Source: Candidatus Latescibacterota bacterium
Lineage (GTDB): Bacteria > Latescibacterota > UBA2968
Reading direction: 5' to 3'
DNA: 64,000 nt
Assembly: GCA_965222605.1 (NCBI GenBank)
Contig: OZ244960.1
Span: 4,928,001 to 4,992,000, forward strand
Position numbers and translations under genes: made by a program. The notes beneath the pieces are model-generated. The model saw nothing but the letters and a program-made list of their open reading frames with translations. It was not told the DNA's origin and did no database searches. Positions 28,564-39,918 of the stretch are shown one piece after another (the stretch's first letter is position 1; each line of letters begins with the position of its first letter).

Positions 28564-31500
28564 ATGCGTAAAATCGGCACAGGTATTCTCTGGATTATCA
28601 CGATTTTGATGTTGTCTTCGGTGACCATTTTTAATCCGGGACAGGTGACGGATTTTTTTGTAACGCTTTTTAATATTAAACCGAGTATTCCCGAACTCAA
28701 ACCCATTGAAATTTCAGAACGCGATCGGGAAATTCGGTCCATTGCCGAGTCCATTAAACAAGAAGATGTGCACCAAATCATTGCCGACCTGTCGGGGATG
28801 GGGTCTCGGGTGCCCGGCTATGTGGGGCATCGGCGGGCTTTTGAATATGTCAAACAGCATTTTGAGCAAATTGGTCTCGAAGACATTGAGGTCGAAGAGC
28901 ACACGGTAACGGTTCCCATTGACAAAGGTGCTTCACTCACTTTGGCGGATACTGGCGAAGAGATTGCGGTTTACGGTTTTTGGCCCAACCATATACAAAC
29001 GCCCTCTGTACCCAGTGCTGGGATTTCGGGGACACTTATTTATGGGGGCAAGGGGGCATTTTCAGAACTCAATGGCAAAAAGGTCGAAGGCAGCATTGTC
29101 ATAATGGATTTCGATTGTGACCAGAGCTATTTAAGCCCGCGTATGCTGGGGGCACAGGCCATTTTATTTTATGACAATGGGCGGGTTACACAGGGCCAGG
29201 CAATGGACAAGTTTTTGCCCGTGCCCGTTGATGTGCCCCGGTTCTGGGTCGAAAAAGACGATGCTTTGCGCTTGCTCGAATTGGCCCAAACGCAATCGCC
29301 CGAAGTGCGTTTAACGTCAAAGATGGATTGGGAAGAGGTGCCGACCTGGAATATTTTTGCAACCCTCCCCGGATCCGAAGACTATATCACAGAGCGCGAA
29401 GAGCGCAAGTGGAAAGACCAGCAGATTGTGCTGAGTGCTTTTTACGATGCCATTTCCGTTGTACCCGCTCTCGCGCCGGGTGCTGAAAATGCGTCGGGGA
29501 TGGCTGCACTTTTGCATACTGCCCGCGTTTTGAAACGGCATCCGCCAAAATATTCGGTGACCTTTTTGGCAACTGGCTCTCATTTTCAAGGCCTATCGGG
29601 TATCAATGATTTTGTATATCGCCATTCGCGCGAAAGCGATCATTTCCGCGAGTTGATTCCCGATAGTGTGTCGGTTGCCGGTGCGTATCTCGATGGCGAA
29701 CTTATTCCGCGCGACAGCGAAGAGTTTGAAGAACTTATTCCCGACAGCTATAAAATTGATTTCCGGTTATTCATCGGCTTAGATCTGTCGAGTGAATCCG
29801 ATGAGTTGGCGAGCTTTTCACACGGCACCTTTAACAACCCAAATTGGCAGACCGACAATTATCTGAATAATCTGTTGGCGCCTTATGCGGACAAATTCGA
29901 TAAATATATGGCCAAAGTATTTCCGGGCGAAGAAGTGCGCCATGTCGATGCGATTGCACCGCCAAAACGCACATGGAAAAATTTTATGCCCATTCGCATG
30001 GGATTTGACAGCGAGGCCGTTACTTTTGTTGGAAAAGAAGGCATTACTCTGGCGACGCCATCAACTGTGCGGCGTTTTGTCGATACGCCCATTGATCGCG
30101 TTGAGAATGTCAATATGGACAATTTGACGCGCCAGGTCCAAACGGCGATAGCAGCCATGATGAAAGCGGGTGAAGATCCCGAGTTTTTCAGGGTATCCAA
30201 ACTCAAATTGCAAGATCGCGGACACAGTTTGAAAGGGCGCGTATTGTGGTTTGATCGCAATGTCGATTTCGCGTTGCCTCGCGTGCCCGTGCCCGGTGGG
30301 GTTGCGACGTATCGGCAGCCGGGCAATGTTCACAGTTGTGCGGGGGTGAGGACGCTGATTGTTGACAAGACGACAGAAGGTCCCATTTACGATATCAAAT
30401 TGGCAAAAAATAAAACAGATGCAGACCCAAACTTGTATGGCGATCCAGATGGTGTCAAACAAACGGGAGAGTTTTTCTTTAATATTATGCGCAATCGGTT
30501 TACCAATCGCATTTTGGCTTATGATATTGACGAAGAGGGGAATATTACATCGGCACCCGACATGGGTTCTGAGGGCGATAAGAAATTTCCACTGACACAG
30601 CGATATGGCTGGTGGGAAAATGAAATGATGACGGTTCTGTTTAAGAGCCGTTCCATCAGTGTTTTTGAAATTATCGATTCGAGCTATTTGTCGGCACTCG
30701 ATTTTATGACGGTGCTCAACGACAACGATACGCAGCCCCTGGAATTTGGCTATGCGTATTTGCCGGGGCAAAGCACCAAAGAGGGCGATGTGACACGCGC
30801 TGCTGTGACGTTTGCGCGTGTGGATGAACACACGGGGGAAGCTGAGCGGTTGAAAGTTTTGATGAGCACGGGCTTGTTTGGTGTTAAGTATTTGTTGATT
30901 AATGCGCCCCAGAAGTTTTTGGACAATCCTGTTGATAAACGCGCGGTGAATCCCGATCTTCTGGAAGAGGCCCGAGGTGAAGGGTATGAACCCGGCGTCA
31001 TTTTCACGCCCTCGTATCAGGCCGCCAAAGATATGTGGGTGATTGACGATGTGCGGATGAAACAGTTGGCACAATTTGGTATTGAGAACAATCGCCTTAC
31101 CCTGTTGCACAACAGCGCGCGTGAGGCACTGCTTGAAGCGCGTCAGCATCTTGAAAATTTGGATTACGAAGGGTTTATGGCCGCATCTCGGCGGGCATGG
31201 GGGCTGGAGGCGCGGGGGTATCCCGAAGTGATGGCTACTGCCAATGATACTGTGCGGGGCATTATTTTTTATTTTATTTTGTTGTTGCCATTTTCATTTT
31301 TCTGCGAGCGGTTGTTGATTGGCGCGTCGAGTATTACCGCGCGCTTGAGCTGGTTTGCCGCGTTTTTTGGGTTTTTCTTTATCGTTCTGCGCTTTGTCCA
31401 TCCGGCTTTTCAGTTGAGCAATTCTCCCTATATTATTTTTCTCGCATTTGTGATTATGGCCCTCGGCGGTGTGGCAATGGTCATTGTGGTGTCTAAGTTC

Positions 31501-33411
31501 GGTGATGAAGTTCGCAAAATGAAACAGGCTTCTGCCGGAACTTATGAAGCCGATGTTGGGCGCATTAGCGCGACATCGGCCGCGGTTGTGCTGGGCATTT
31601 CAAATCTGCGAAAGCGCCCCATGCGCACGGGGTTGACGGCGATTACCTTGACCTTATTGACGTTTACGACCCTGTCTTTTACCTCGGTGCAGACGTCGTT
31701 GAAGTTTTACAAATTGCCCCGCGACAATGAGCCATCTTATCAGGGGGCACTCGTGCGCGACCGATCCTGGCGGGGGATGCAGGAATCTGTTCTCAATTAC
31801 CTCAATAGCGCTTTTAAAGGCCGCGCTGATATTGTGCCGCGATCGTGGTATTTGTCACAGGTGCGGGGCGAGCGCGCTTATGTGAATTTCTCTCGCTTGA
31901 CAGAGGCCACCGCCGATATGGGTCCCAAGGAGATTTACGTCGATTTCGATGTGGGTATTACCACGGGAAAAGACAGTTTTGTCAATGCGCTGCTGGGGCT
32001 TACGCCAGACGAACCCAAAATTACCGGGGTTGATCGCTATTTGATGAGCGGGCGGTGGTTTGAACCCGGAGAAGAATTCGTTTGCTTGATACCCAATGAT
32101 CTGGCCGAGCTTGTCGGTATTTTTCCCGAGGATGCTGGCACGGCTAAAATTGAAATGCAGGGGCAGATTTTTACGGTGATTGGCATTCTCGATTCTGAAA
32201 TGTTTAACAAGTTCAAAGATCTGGATGATGAAAAACTGACCCCTGTTGATACGGTGAAAGAAAAAGACGATTTGGCAGATGCACAGGATCAGGACCCGCG
32301 GGTCGTCGCGGCTGCGCCTATTGAGACCTTTACCCATTTGGAATCGACCAATGTGCTTGTCGTACCCTATGAGTATATTCGGGATATCGGGGGTGTGTTG
32401 GCTTCGGTGGCGATTGCGAATTTCAAGGATGAGAGCGGGCAGCCCAAGTTGAATTTTGTTCCCGACATCGAGGAGTTTATGGCGCGCGTGTCTTTGACGA
32501 TGTTTGTGGGCAAGGATGATGGTGTAACCGTTTATAGTTCGATTGGTTCAACGTCGCTTTCTGGATTGGGCAATTTGTTTATCCCGATCTTGATTGCGGC
32601 ACTCATTGTGCTCAATACTATGATGGGTGCTGTGTATGAGCGTTTCCGAGAGATCAGTATTTATTCTTCGGTGGGATTGGCTCCCAATCATATTGCCGCA
32701 CTTTTCCTCGCGGAGGCCGGCGTGTTTGCCACACTCGGTGCGGTTTTGGGATATTTGATTGGACAAGTGCTCGTGCTCATACTTTACAATGAGGGATTGT
32801 TGGGTGGCCTGGAATTGAATTATTCGTCGCTGTCTGCAATTTCCGCCACGTTGATTGTGATGGCAACGGTATTTCTCTCAGCGCTTTATCCAGCGAAAAA
32901 AGCCGCGGATATGGCCGTGCCCGATGTGACCCGCAAATGGGAATTTCCCGATCCGGATGGCGATCGGTGGGTATTTGATTTTCCCTTTACCGTAGGTGGT
33001 ACCGAGGTATTGGGCATGTACTCCTATTTGACCCGGGTTTTTGAATCTTATGGCGAGGGATCGGTAGGTGATTTTGTTGCCGACCACGTAAAGTTCTGGT
33101 CTGAAGATCTCGAGGGTGAACCGCAATACAATATTGATCTGACGGCATGGTTGGCGCCTTATGATCTGGGGATTAGTCAGGAAGTGCAGTTAAAAGCCAT
33201 TCCAACGGGTGAGCACAATATTTATAAAATTGAAGTGGTGATCAATCGCTTGAGTGGCGATGTGGCGTCCTGGAAACGGATCAATCGCGGATTTTTGAAT
33301 GTGTTGCGAAAGCGGTTCCTGGTCTGGCGCACAATTCCAGGCGACATGAAGTTCAATTATGCAGAAGACGGACGCCGGGTGTTGTCTGGCGAAGTCGCGG
33401 CAATAGCATAA
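28564..33411 (+). CDS. Large membrane protein: PA + degenerate M28 peptidase-like ectodomain fused to a MacB/FtsX-type permease
   Basis: N-terminal TM; GSRVPG; PA-like GTLIYGGKG; SAFYD..PGAENASG; LRKRPMRT; LNTMMGAVYERFREISIYSSVG. Confidence 0.85.
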   Translation: MRKIGTGILWIITILMLSSVTIFNPGQVTDFFVTLFNIKPSIPELKPIEISERDREIRSIAESIKQEDVHQIIADLSGMGSRVPGYVGHRRAFEYVKQHFEQIGLEDIEVEEHTVTVPIDKGASLTLADTGEEIAVYGFWPNHIQTPSVPSAGISGTLIYGGKGAFSELNGKKVEGSIVIMDFDCDQSYLSPRMLGAQAILFYDNGRVTQGQAMDKFLPVPVDVPRFWVEKDDALRLLELAQTQSPEVRLTSKMDWEEVPTWNIFATLPGSEDYITEREERKWKDQQIVLSAFYDAISVVPALAPGAENASGMAALLHTARVLKRHPPKYSVTFLATGSHFQGLSGINDFVYRHSRESDHFRELIPDSVSVAGAYLDGELIPRDSEEFEELIPDSYKIDFRLFIGLDLSSESDELASFSHGTFNNPNWQTDNYLNNLLAPYADKFDKYMAKVFPGEEVRHVDAIAPPKRTWKNFMPIRMGFDSEAVTFVGKEGITLATPSTVRRFVDTPIDRVENVNMDNLTRQVQTAIAAMMKAGEDPEFFRVSKLKLQDRGHSLKGRVLWFDRNVDFALPRVPVPGGVATYRQPGNVHSCAGVRTLIVDKTTEGPIYDIKLAKNKTDADPNLYGDPDGVKQTGEFFFNIMRNRFTNRILAYDIDEEGNITSAPDMGSEGDKKFPLTQRYGWWENEMMTVLFKSRSISVFEIIDSSYLSALDFMTVLNDNDTQPLEFGYAYLPGQSTKEGDVTRAAVTFARVDEHTGEAERLKVLMSTGLFGVKYLLINAPQKFLDNPVDKRAVNPDLLEEARGEGYEPGVIFTPSYQAAKDMWVIDDVRMKQLAQFGIENNRLTLLHNSAREALLEARQHLENLDYEGFMAASRRAWGLEARGYPEVMATANDTVRGIIFYFILLLPFSFFCERLLIGASSITARLSWFAAFFGFFFIVLRFVHPAFQLSNSPYIIFLAFVIMALGGVAMVIVVSKFGDEVRKMKQASAGTYEADVGRISATSAAVVLGISNLRKRPMRTGLTAITLTLLTFTTLSFTSVQTSLKFYKLPRDNEPSYQGALVRDRSWRGMQESVLNYLNSAFKGRADIVPRSWYLSQVRGERAYVNFSRLTEATADMGPKEIYVDFDVGITTGKDSFVNALLGLTPDEPKITGVDRYLMSGRWFEPGEEFVCLIPNDLAELVGIFPEDAGTAKIEMQGQIFTVIGILDSEMFNKFKDLDDEKLTPVDTVKEKDDLADAQDQDPRVVAAAPIETFTHLESTNVLVVPYEYIRDIGGVLASVAIANFKDESGQPKLNFVPDIEEFMARVSLTMFVGKDDGVTVYSSIGSTSLSGLGNLFIPILIAALIVLNTMMGAVYERFREISIYSSVGLAPNHIAALFLAEAGVFATLGAVLGYLIGQVLVLILYNEGLLGGLELNYSSLSAISATLIVMATVFLSALYPAKKAADMAVPDVTRKWEFPDPDGDRWVFDFPFTVGGTEVLGMYSYLTRVFESYGEGSVGDFVADHVKFWSEDLEGEPQYNIDLTAWLAPYDLGISQEVQLKAIPTGEHNIYKIEVVINRLSGDVASWKRINRGFLNVLRKRFLVWRTIPGDMKFNYAEDGRRVLSGEVAAIA

Positions 33412-33448
33412 CGTGTAGATTTTGTGAATTTCCTTCTGGGAGGCAATT

Positions 33449-35503
33449 TTGGCAACTGAACCACGAGATACGGAAGAAACAGAAGAGGATCTGGCGGAAT
33501 ACGAACAGATTATGCCAGAGGACGCGCCCTTTGAAGATGGCTTTGGCTGGAAGACGATATGGGCGACCCTGTTCGTTGGGATTATCATGTTGCCGGGGGC
33601 GATTTATTTGGGCCTGGTGACCGGGCAGAGCATGGCTGGCGCGTCTGAGTGGGTGACGATTATTCTCTTTTTGGAGATTGCCAAGCGCTCTTTTGTTCGG
33701 CTCAAGACACAGGAAATTTTGATCATCTATTGGGTCGCCGCAGGGCTGTTGGGCATTGGGGTAAAACTCGGTTCGGGCGCACATCTATACGGCGGGCCTT
33801 TTGGAGGGTTGATCTGGGATCAGTATTTGATTCAGTCACCCGCAGCGCAAGGTCTGGATAAGTATATTCCGGGGTGGGTGACGCCGCCTTTGGATTCGCC
33901 GGTTTATGCCGAGCGCACGTTTGTGCATCCCGACTGGATTTTGCCGGTGTTGATTCTGTTTCTGGCCATGATCATCAATCAGACTGCGCGGCTGTCCTTT
34001 GGGTATGTGATGTTTCGCATTACCAGCGATATCGAGCAATTGCCTTTCCCGATGGAGCCCGTTCACGCACGCGGTGTCACCGCACTGGCTGAGACATCGG
34101 CCAAAACCGAGGGTTGGCGGTGGCGCGTGTTCAGTACGGGAACGTGTATTGGTCTGGTCTGGGGGCTGCTCTATGTGGTTGTGCCCACGTTGTCGGGCAT
34201 TTTTCTGACGGAGACCGTTCAGGTCTTGCCGATTCCGTTTATCGATTTTACAGCCGAGGTAAAGACCATATTGCCCGCTGCCGTATTTGGCATAGGAACG
34301 GATTTGGGGCATTTGTTGATCGGTTTTGTCCTGCCGTTTTACGTGGTGGTCGGATCTTTTATCGGTGCTGTGCTTGCCAATCTGGTGATTAATCCACTGC
34401 TTTATACCTACACAGATATTTTGAGCCGGTGGGCACCGGGGATGACGGCGATTCCCGCAAGTATTTCCAATCGCTTTGACTTCTGGTTGAGTTTTGGAAT
34501 TGGGACTTCATTTGTGATCGCGCTTACCGGGTTTTATATGGTGGGTAAAACCCTGTTGGAACAGCGCAAGGTGCAACAGGAAACAGGGCATCATTCGGTG
34601 AAAATTAGTATGGAGGATTTGCCCGAGGGCCGAGGGGATATACCGATGAAGTGGCCTCTTGTTTTATGGGTCATGGGTTCTTTGGCCGCTATTGGTTTGT
34701 GCCAGTGGCTCGTACCGGAATTTCACTGGTTATGGCTGGTTTTCTTCGCGTTTATTTATACGCCTGTTTCGTCTTATATCGGTGCTCGTATGATTGGTCT
34801 TACGGGCAGCCCTTATGGGGCGAGCATTCCCTATATTCGCGAAGCTGCCATTTTCATGTCGGGGTATAAGGGGGTGGCGGTGTGGTTTGCGCCCATTCCA
34901 CTGCACGATCACGGGCTGGCCGTGCGGCAGTTTAAGCAATTGGAATTGACCAAAACGAAGATCGGCAGTTATATCAAAATGGTGGTGATTACGACATTTG
35001 TGATTTTCCTGTGCAGCTTTTTGTTCTATGAGTTTATCTGGCGGTTGGGTCCCATTCCGTCTTCGACATATCCCTACGTGCAGTTGTTCTGGCCGTTTGA
35101 AGCTACGATGCAAACCATGTGGCTCAAATCGACTTTGCCACCTGGAGAAGTGCAGGGTGCTGCTGGCCTGGAACTGCTGGCGGATATTATTAAGATGAAA
35201 TATATCATCACTGGTTTGGTGTCGGGTGGACTTCTCTATCTGACACTGGTCGCCATCAAGGTTCCCGTGCTGGCATTTTTCGGTTTTGTGAATGGCCTGG
35301 CGCAATGGCCGCATTTTGTCATTTTGAATTTTGCCGGGGCGATGCTGGGGCGATACCATTTTGCCAAGCGGTTTGGCGAGTCCAAATGGCAGGCTTACGC
35401 GCCTATTTTACTGGCGGGTTATTCCTGTGGTATGGGGCTTATTGGCATGACCTCAATTGCCGTGGCTTTGATATCCAAGGCCGTGTCTCAGGTTGTTTTC
35501 TGA
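33449..35503 (+). CDS. OPT (oligopeptide transporter)-like polytopic membrane protein
   Basis: Many TM helices; EQLPFPMEP (OPT L.FP motif); TTG start after GGAGG. Confidence 0.75.
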   Translation: MATEPRDTEETEEDLAEYEQIMPEDAPFEDGFGWKTIWATLFVGIIMLPGAIYLGLVTGQSMAGASEWVTIILFLEIAKRSFVRLKTQEILIIYWVAAGLLGIGVKLGSGAHLYGGPFGGLIWDQYLIQSPAAQGLDKYIPGWVTPPLDSPVYAERTFVHPDWILPVLILFLAMIINQTARLSFGYVMFRITSDIEQLPFPMEPVHARGVTALAETSAKTEGWRWRVFSTGTCIGLVWGLLYVVVPTLSGIFLTETVQVLPIPFIDFTAEVKTILPAAVFGIGTDLGHLLIGFVLPFYVVVGSFIGAVLANLVINPLLYTYTDILSRWAPGMTAIPASISNRFDFWLSFGIGTSFVIALTGFYMVGKTLLEQRKVQQETGHHSVKISMEDLPEGRGDIPMKWPLVLWVMGSLAAIGLCQWLVPEFHWLWLVFFAFIYTPVSSYIGARMIGLTGSPYGASIPYIREAAIFMSGYKGVAVWFAPIPLHDHGLAVRQFKQLELTKTKIGSYIKMVVITTFVIFLCSFLFYEFIWRLGPIPSSTYPYVQLFWPFEATMQTMWLKSTLPPGEVQGAAGLELLADIIKMKYIITGLVSGGLLYLTLVAIKVPVLAFFGFVNGLAQWPHFVILNFAGAMLGRYHFAKRFGESKWQAYAPILLAGYSCGMGLIGMTSIAVALISKAVSQVVF

Positions 35504-35526
35504 GATAAAAAGAAGGTGGAACTTTT

Positions 35527-35575
35527 ATCCGGGCATGTGTCGTCTAATTTGTTGCGATATATGCCCGGATTTTTA
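35527..35575 (+). terminator. Hairpin/terminator after the OPT-like gene
   Basis: atccgggcat...atgcccggat followed by a T run. Confidence 0.55.
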
Positions 35576-35609
35576 TAGGTATTTTTTCACTTTTTTAAAG
35601 GAGCAGATT

Positions 35610-36110
35610 ATGCAGAGGTTTCGACTTTTCGGTTTTTTGGCAGTGGCAATGCTTATGGCCGCGTCCTGCGATGTGTGGGCACAGCCTCAAAGAGGTGGTC
35701 AAGGTCAAGGAGGGCGCGGGGGCGCACGCGGGGGCGTTCAGGTGCAGCGTTTTTTGCCAGTTGAACAGGTGCTGAGTTTTCTGTCGTTTAACGAGAATGT
35801 GGCTCTGAGCGATGAGCAACTCGTCAAGGTGCGCGCGTCACTTAAAGGGGTTTATACAAAACGCCAGGAATTGCAGAGAAGCCTGCGCGGAAGCACCGAC
35901 CAGCAGGCGGCGATGCAGAAAGTGCGCGCACTGCGAATGGAAATGACACAGGGTCTGACTGCTATACTCAATGAGGATCAGACAAAAGTATTTCAAGAAG
36001 AGATGCAGCGGATGAGCCAGCGCGGGCAGCGCGGTCAAGGCGGGCAGCGCGGGCAGCGCGGAGGGCAAGGTGGTCAGGGTGGTCGCCGTGGTGGCGGCGG
36101 TGGTGAATAG
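35610..36110 (+). CDS. Secreted Spy/CpxP-like helical protein with Gly/Gln/Arg-rich tails
   Basis: Signal peptide; LSDEQ and LNEDQ (LTxxQ-like) motifs; AAGGAG RBS. Confidence 0.7.
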   Translation: MQRFRLFGFLAVAMLMAASCDVWAQPQRGGQGQGGRGGARGGVQVQRFLPVEQVLSFLSFNENVALSDEQLVKVRASLKGVYTKRQELQRSLRGSTDQQAAMQKVRALRMEMTQGLTAILNEDQTKVFQEEMQRMSQRGQRGQGGQRGQRGGQGGQGGRRGGGGGE

Positions 36111-36148
36111 CTGAGATACACATCTGTCTGTTAAGTGTTGGAGATATC

Positions 36149-36188
36149 AAAACGCGGGTTTCTTTGAAGAAGCCCGCGTTTGTTTTTT
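36149..36188 (+). terminator. Intrinsic terminator
   Basis: aaacgcgggtttct-agaagcccgcgttt followed by a T run. Confidence 0.75.
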
Positions 36189-36233
36189 GGGCGCGCTTGT
36201 TTATCGTGAAAAAATGGGTTACATTATCGCACA

Positions 36234-37607
36234 TTGCAATGGGAGGGTTCTGTGATACCTGAGTCTATCAAACATATCAAGCGGCCTTTTTCATTTGCGG
36301 TTGTGAGTGATACGCATTTTGTAACGCGAGATTTTATCGGACAGGCATTTGACGCGACAAGACCGCTCAGCACTGAGGGGTATGTGAAAAATGTGACCTA
36401 TTCGCTTGCGCCTATGATGGATGCATTGCGCCATCTCAAACCGGATTTTATAGTTTTGACCGGCGATGTGGCCGAACCCCCGCTGGATCCAGAACGCCAC
36501 TGTGAGAATCTCAAGGCTGCACTGGATTTTTTTGCCACCTGCGATATTCCCATAGTCGTCGCTCGCGGCAATCACGATGGTACTTCGACTTTTGATGAGG
36601 TTGTGGGGCCGCGTATTGCACAGTTTTTGGGCGAGGCGCCCAAAGCGCATTATTTTTCCTTTGAGGTGGATGGTTGCCAGTTTATTGTTCTGGATACGCC
36701 GTATTGGAATACTGAGCAATGTCAGTGGCTCGATGCCGTGTTGGAAAAAAATGCTTATACACCATTGTTTTTGCTGGGGCATCATCCTATATGGCCGGTA
36801 GCACGCGCTTTTTTTTATAATCGCGATTTTCAGACGGATATGGTCAATCTTTTGTCTCGGCACGCGATTGATGCCTATTTTTGTGGGCATTCACACAATC
36901 AAAGTATTGTGTTGCACCGCACGCCTCATTTGCCGGTGTTGCAGTGTATGGGTGCTCTGGTTGGGTTGTCTGACGCACCGCCGCTTCCGCTCAACCGAGT
37001 TCAGGCCCTTTTGCCCACATCCGATGATCTCATGGCTGTTTGGCCCGGATATATTGAAAATACGGCTCCGGGGTGGTTTATGGGATATGTTGCACAGGGC
37101 CAGGCGCGTGTGGAATGGCATCATATTAACCGCGGGGCCGAAGCCCTGGTGCGTTGGTTTCGTCCTGGGGACATTCAGACTTTTTGGACAATGGATCCCG
37201 CGCCACCAGCGCAACTCATTGAAGCAAATTTGGGGCGTATTCGCCAGGGGATGCTCCGTTTTTGTGCCTGGGATAGTATGGGAGATGCGCGCGTATTTCT
37301 CAATGGGAATGAGATTGGCCTTTTGCCACGTGCAGATAATTTTACGCCCAGTCGCCTGTCTTTACCACCCAACGCGCTCGCTTGTTTGCAGATGGAAAAT
37401 AAGGTGCGTATTGAACCGGCTGAGGGCAGTGAGATAACGCTTGGCAATCTGGTTCTCGAAGTGGTATTGCCCGGTGGTCGTTATGTGCGGTCGCTGGTTT
37501 TTGAAGATATTTATACGTGGTCTAACCGGTGGGATGAGTATGAATATGAGACACTGCAAAAGATGCAACCGGGACGACCGTTAGCGACGGTGTTGTCTTT
37601 CAGGTGA
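36234..37607 (+). CDS. Calcineurin-like metallophosphoesterase with C-terminal beta domain
   Basis: SDTH; TGD; GNHD; HHP; GHSH. Confidence 0.88.
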   Translation: MQWEGSVIPESIKHIKRPFSFAVVSDTHFVTRDFIGQAFDATRPLSTEGYVKNVTYSLAPMMDALRHLKPDFIVLTGDVAEPPLDPERHCENLKAALDFFATCDIPIVVARGNHDGTSTFDEVVGPRIAQFLGEAPKAHYFSFEVDGCQFIVLDTPYWNTEQCQWLDAVLEKNAYTPLFLLGHHPIWPVARAFFYNRDFQTDMVNLLSRHAIDAYFCGHSHNQSIVLHRTPHLPVLQCMGALVGLSDAPPLPLNRVQALLPTSDDLMAVWPGYIENTAPGWFMGYVAQGQARVEWHHINRGAEALVRWFRPGDIQTFWTMDPAPPAQLIEANLGRIRQGMLRFCAWDSMGDARVFLNGNEIGLLPRADNFTPSRLSLPPNALACLQMENKVRIEPAEGSEITLGNLVLEVVLPGGRYVRSLVFEDIYTWSNRWDEYEYETLQKMQPGRPLATVLSFR

Positions 37608-37614
37608 GGATGTG

Positions 37615-39639
37615 ATGGTCGATAAAAGAGATACCAATAGATTGATCCGCGAGACCAGCCCGTATTTATTGCAGCATGCACATAATCCCGTTGCGTGGTT
37701 TCCGTGGGGTGAAGAGGCGTTTGAAAAGGCTCAAGCTGAAGACAAGCCAATTTTTTTGAGCGTGGGATATGCGGCTTGTCACTGGTGTCATGTGATGGCA
37801 CACGAGTGTTTTGAAGATGAGGATATCGCGCAGATTATGAACGCGCATTTTGTCAATGTGAAGGTCGATCGAGAAGAACGCCCCGATGTCGATGAAATTT
37901 ATATGAATGCGGTACAGGTTATGACCGGTTCCGGTGGGTGGCCTATGAGTGTGTTTTTGACACCGCAGGGCGTTCCGTTTTACGGGGGTACTTATTTTCC
38001 GCCTCAGAGTAGGCACAACATACCGGGCTTTCCTCATGTCCTGGAATCCGTTGCCAGGCATTTTCGAGAAAAAGGTGAAAATGTCGCAGATGTGGCGAAT
38101 CGATTGCACGAGCACTTACAGGCGATGGCGCGTATTGATGCGTTGGCAGATGGCCTTAGTGAGGCGGATTTTGACGGTGCATTTCAAAAGATCAGATCGA
38201 ATTTTGATTTTCAAAATGGCGGGTTTGGCACGCAGCCCAAGTTCCCCAATTCGATGAATCTCGATGTGTTTTTGCGAACTTATTTGCGTACGGGGAACGA
38301 AGAGGCACTTGCGATGGTGATATTGACGCTTGAAAAAATGGCGCGGGGAGGCATTTACGATCAGCTCGGCGGGGGATTTCACCGCTATGCTGTGGATAGC
38401 CGCTGGCTCGTGCCCCATTTTGAGAAGATGCTATATGACAATGCACTGCTCGCACAGCTTTATACACAGACTTATCAGGTGACGAAGCAACCGCTTTTTG
38501 CGCGTATTGTCAGGTCAATTTTGGATTATACGCGCCGAGAGATGACCTCGCCAGAAGGCGGCTTTTATTCTACGCAAGATGCCGACAGCGAGGGGGAAGA
38601 GGGCAAGTTTTTTGTATGGACGCCGCAGGAGGTGGTGGCTTTATTGGGCGAAGACGATGGGGCGGCATTTTGTCGGTATTTTGATGTGACGGCGCGAGGC
38701 AATTTTGAAGGTAAAAATATCCTGAATATTCCGCAGACCTACGAGGTGGATGAAGACGCAATGGCACGCGGGTGTGCGGTTTTGTTTGAGGCGCGGGAAA
38801 AGCGCGTGAAACCCGGGCGCGATGAGAAAATTCAGGTGAGTTGGAATGGGATGATGATTTCGGCCTTTGCGCAGGCGTATCGGGCATTTGGCGAGCCCGT
38901 TTATCTGGATAGTGCGTCAGATGCGGCTCGGTTTATCCTGGAGAATATGTGTACGGATCGCGGGCTTTTGTTGCATACCTATACAGATGGTCGCGCGCGT
39001 CTCAATGCCTATCAGGATGATTATGCCTGTCTGATCCTCGGGTTAATTGATCTGTACGAAGCGAGTTTTGAGCCTTCTTATCTCGTTGCTGCCCGCGATT
39101 TTATGGAGGTGATGATTGATCAGTTTTGGGATCGGGAAGATGGCGGATTTTTTTATACAGGGAGAGATCACGAAGCGTTGATTGTGCGTTCAAAAAATCC
39201 CTTTGACAATGCCACGCCCTCTGGCAATTCGACAGGGGCGATGGCGTTACTGCGATTGGGAACGCTGCTGGAGCGCGAAGATTGGCGGGATATGGCCGCC
39301 CGTATTTTGCATCTTTTTGGCAGGCATATTCAGGAGGTGCCTTCGGGCTTTGGCAATATGATTTGTGCCCTGGATCTCTATTTGCAAGAGCCGGTTGAAG
39401 TCGCTATTTTGGGTGATCGAGAAAGGGCGGATACGGTTGCACTGCTCGATGTGGTGAATAAAACATGGCGACCCAATGTGGTTTTGTGTGGGGGAAGTGA
39501 TCCCGTGTCCGATGCCATTCCGCTTTTGAAAAATCGCGGCATGATCGACGGACGCGCCACAGCTTATGTATGTCGCAATTTTGTCTGCTCTGAACCGGTT
39601 ACAGATGCCGAGGCACTGGAAAAACTACTGGATGAATAG
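37615..39639 (+). CDS. Thioredoxin-domain/six-hairpin protein (YyaL/SSP411, DUF255)
   Basis: [17 protein letters not shown]; CHWCHVM; GGWP; [11 protein letters not shown]. Confidence 0.95.
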   Translation: MVDKRDTNRLIRETSPYLLQHAHNPVAWFPWGEEAFEKAQAEDKPIFLSVGYAACHWCHVMAHECFEDEDIAQIMNAHFVNVKVDREERPDVDEIYMNAVQVMTGSGGWPMSVFLTPQGVPFYGGTYFPPQSRHNIPGFPHVLESVARHFREKGENVADVANRLHEHLQAMARIDALADGLSEADFDGAFQKIRSNFDFQNGGFGTQPKFPNSMNLDVFLRTYLRTGNEEALAMVILTLEKMARGGIYDQLGGGFHRYAVDSRWLVPHFEKMLYDNALLAQLYTQTYQVTKQPLFARIVRSILDYTRREMTSPEGGFYSTQDADSEGEEGKFFVWTPQEVVALLGEDDGAAFCRYFDVTARGNFEGKNILNIPQTYEVDEDAMARGCAVLFEAREKRVKPGRDEKIQVSWNGMMISAFAQAYRAFGEPVYLDSASDAARFILENMCTDRGLLLHTYTDGRARLNAYQDDYACLILGLIDLYEASFEPSYLVAARDFMEVMIDQFWDREDGGFFYTGRDHEALIVRSKNPFDNATPSGNSTGAMALLRLGTLLEREDWRDMAARILHLFGRHIQEVPSGFGNMICALDLYLQEPVEVAILGDRERADTVALLDVVNKTWRPNVVLCGGSDPVSDAIPLLKNRGMIDGRATAYVCRNFVCSEPVTDAEALEKLLDE

Positions 39640-39660
39640 AGTTTGGGATACTAATTTAAA

Positions 39661-39918
39661 ATGCCAACAATACTATTGATTTCAGGCTGGCGACTTTTCT
39701 TTTTCTCCAATGAAGGCAATGAACCTGCTCATATTCATTGTAGAAAAGGGGAAAAAGAATGCAAATATTGGCTCGGTAGAGAAAATTTTGATCTCGAAGA
39801 AGCTTATGCTTTCAATTTGTCACCTCGAGATCGTAGAGAAATTAAGAAGATCATTTTTGAACATTTTGAATATATTGAACAAGAATGGGATGCGTTTGAA
39901 CGGAGGCGTCAACAATGA
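39661..39918 (+). CDS. DUF4160 protein (putative type II TA toxin)
   Basis: MPTI..GWRLFFFSNE.NEP.HIH; low GC. Confidence 0.85.
   Translation: MPTILLISGWRLFFFSNEGNEPAHIHCRKGEKECKYWLGRENFDLEEAYAFNLSPRDRREIKKIIFEHFEYIEQEWDAFERRRQQ

Noticed and set aside
29640-29750. Triple ELIP(D) peptide repeat in the 1615-aa protein
   Set aside because: Short local duplication in a probable loop; no independent function evident
30061-31149. 362-aa ORF on the - strand
   Set aside because: Antisense shadow of the 1615-aa gene; no recognisable family
36015-36105. Tandem cagcgcggg repeats, considered as CRISPR or VNTR
   Set aside because: They encode the Gly/Gln/Arg-rich protein tail; no unique spacers and no cas genes
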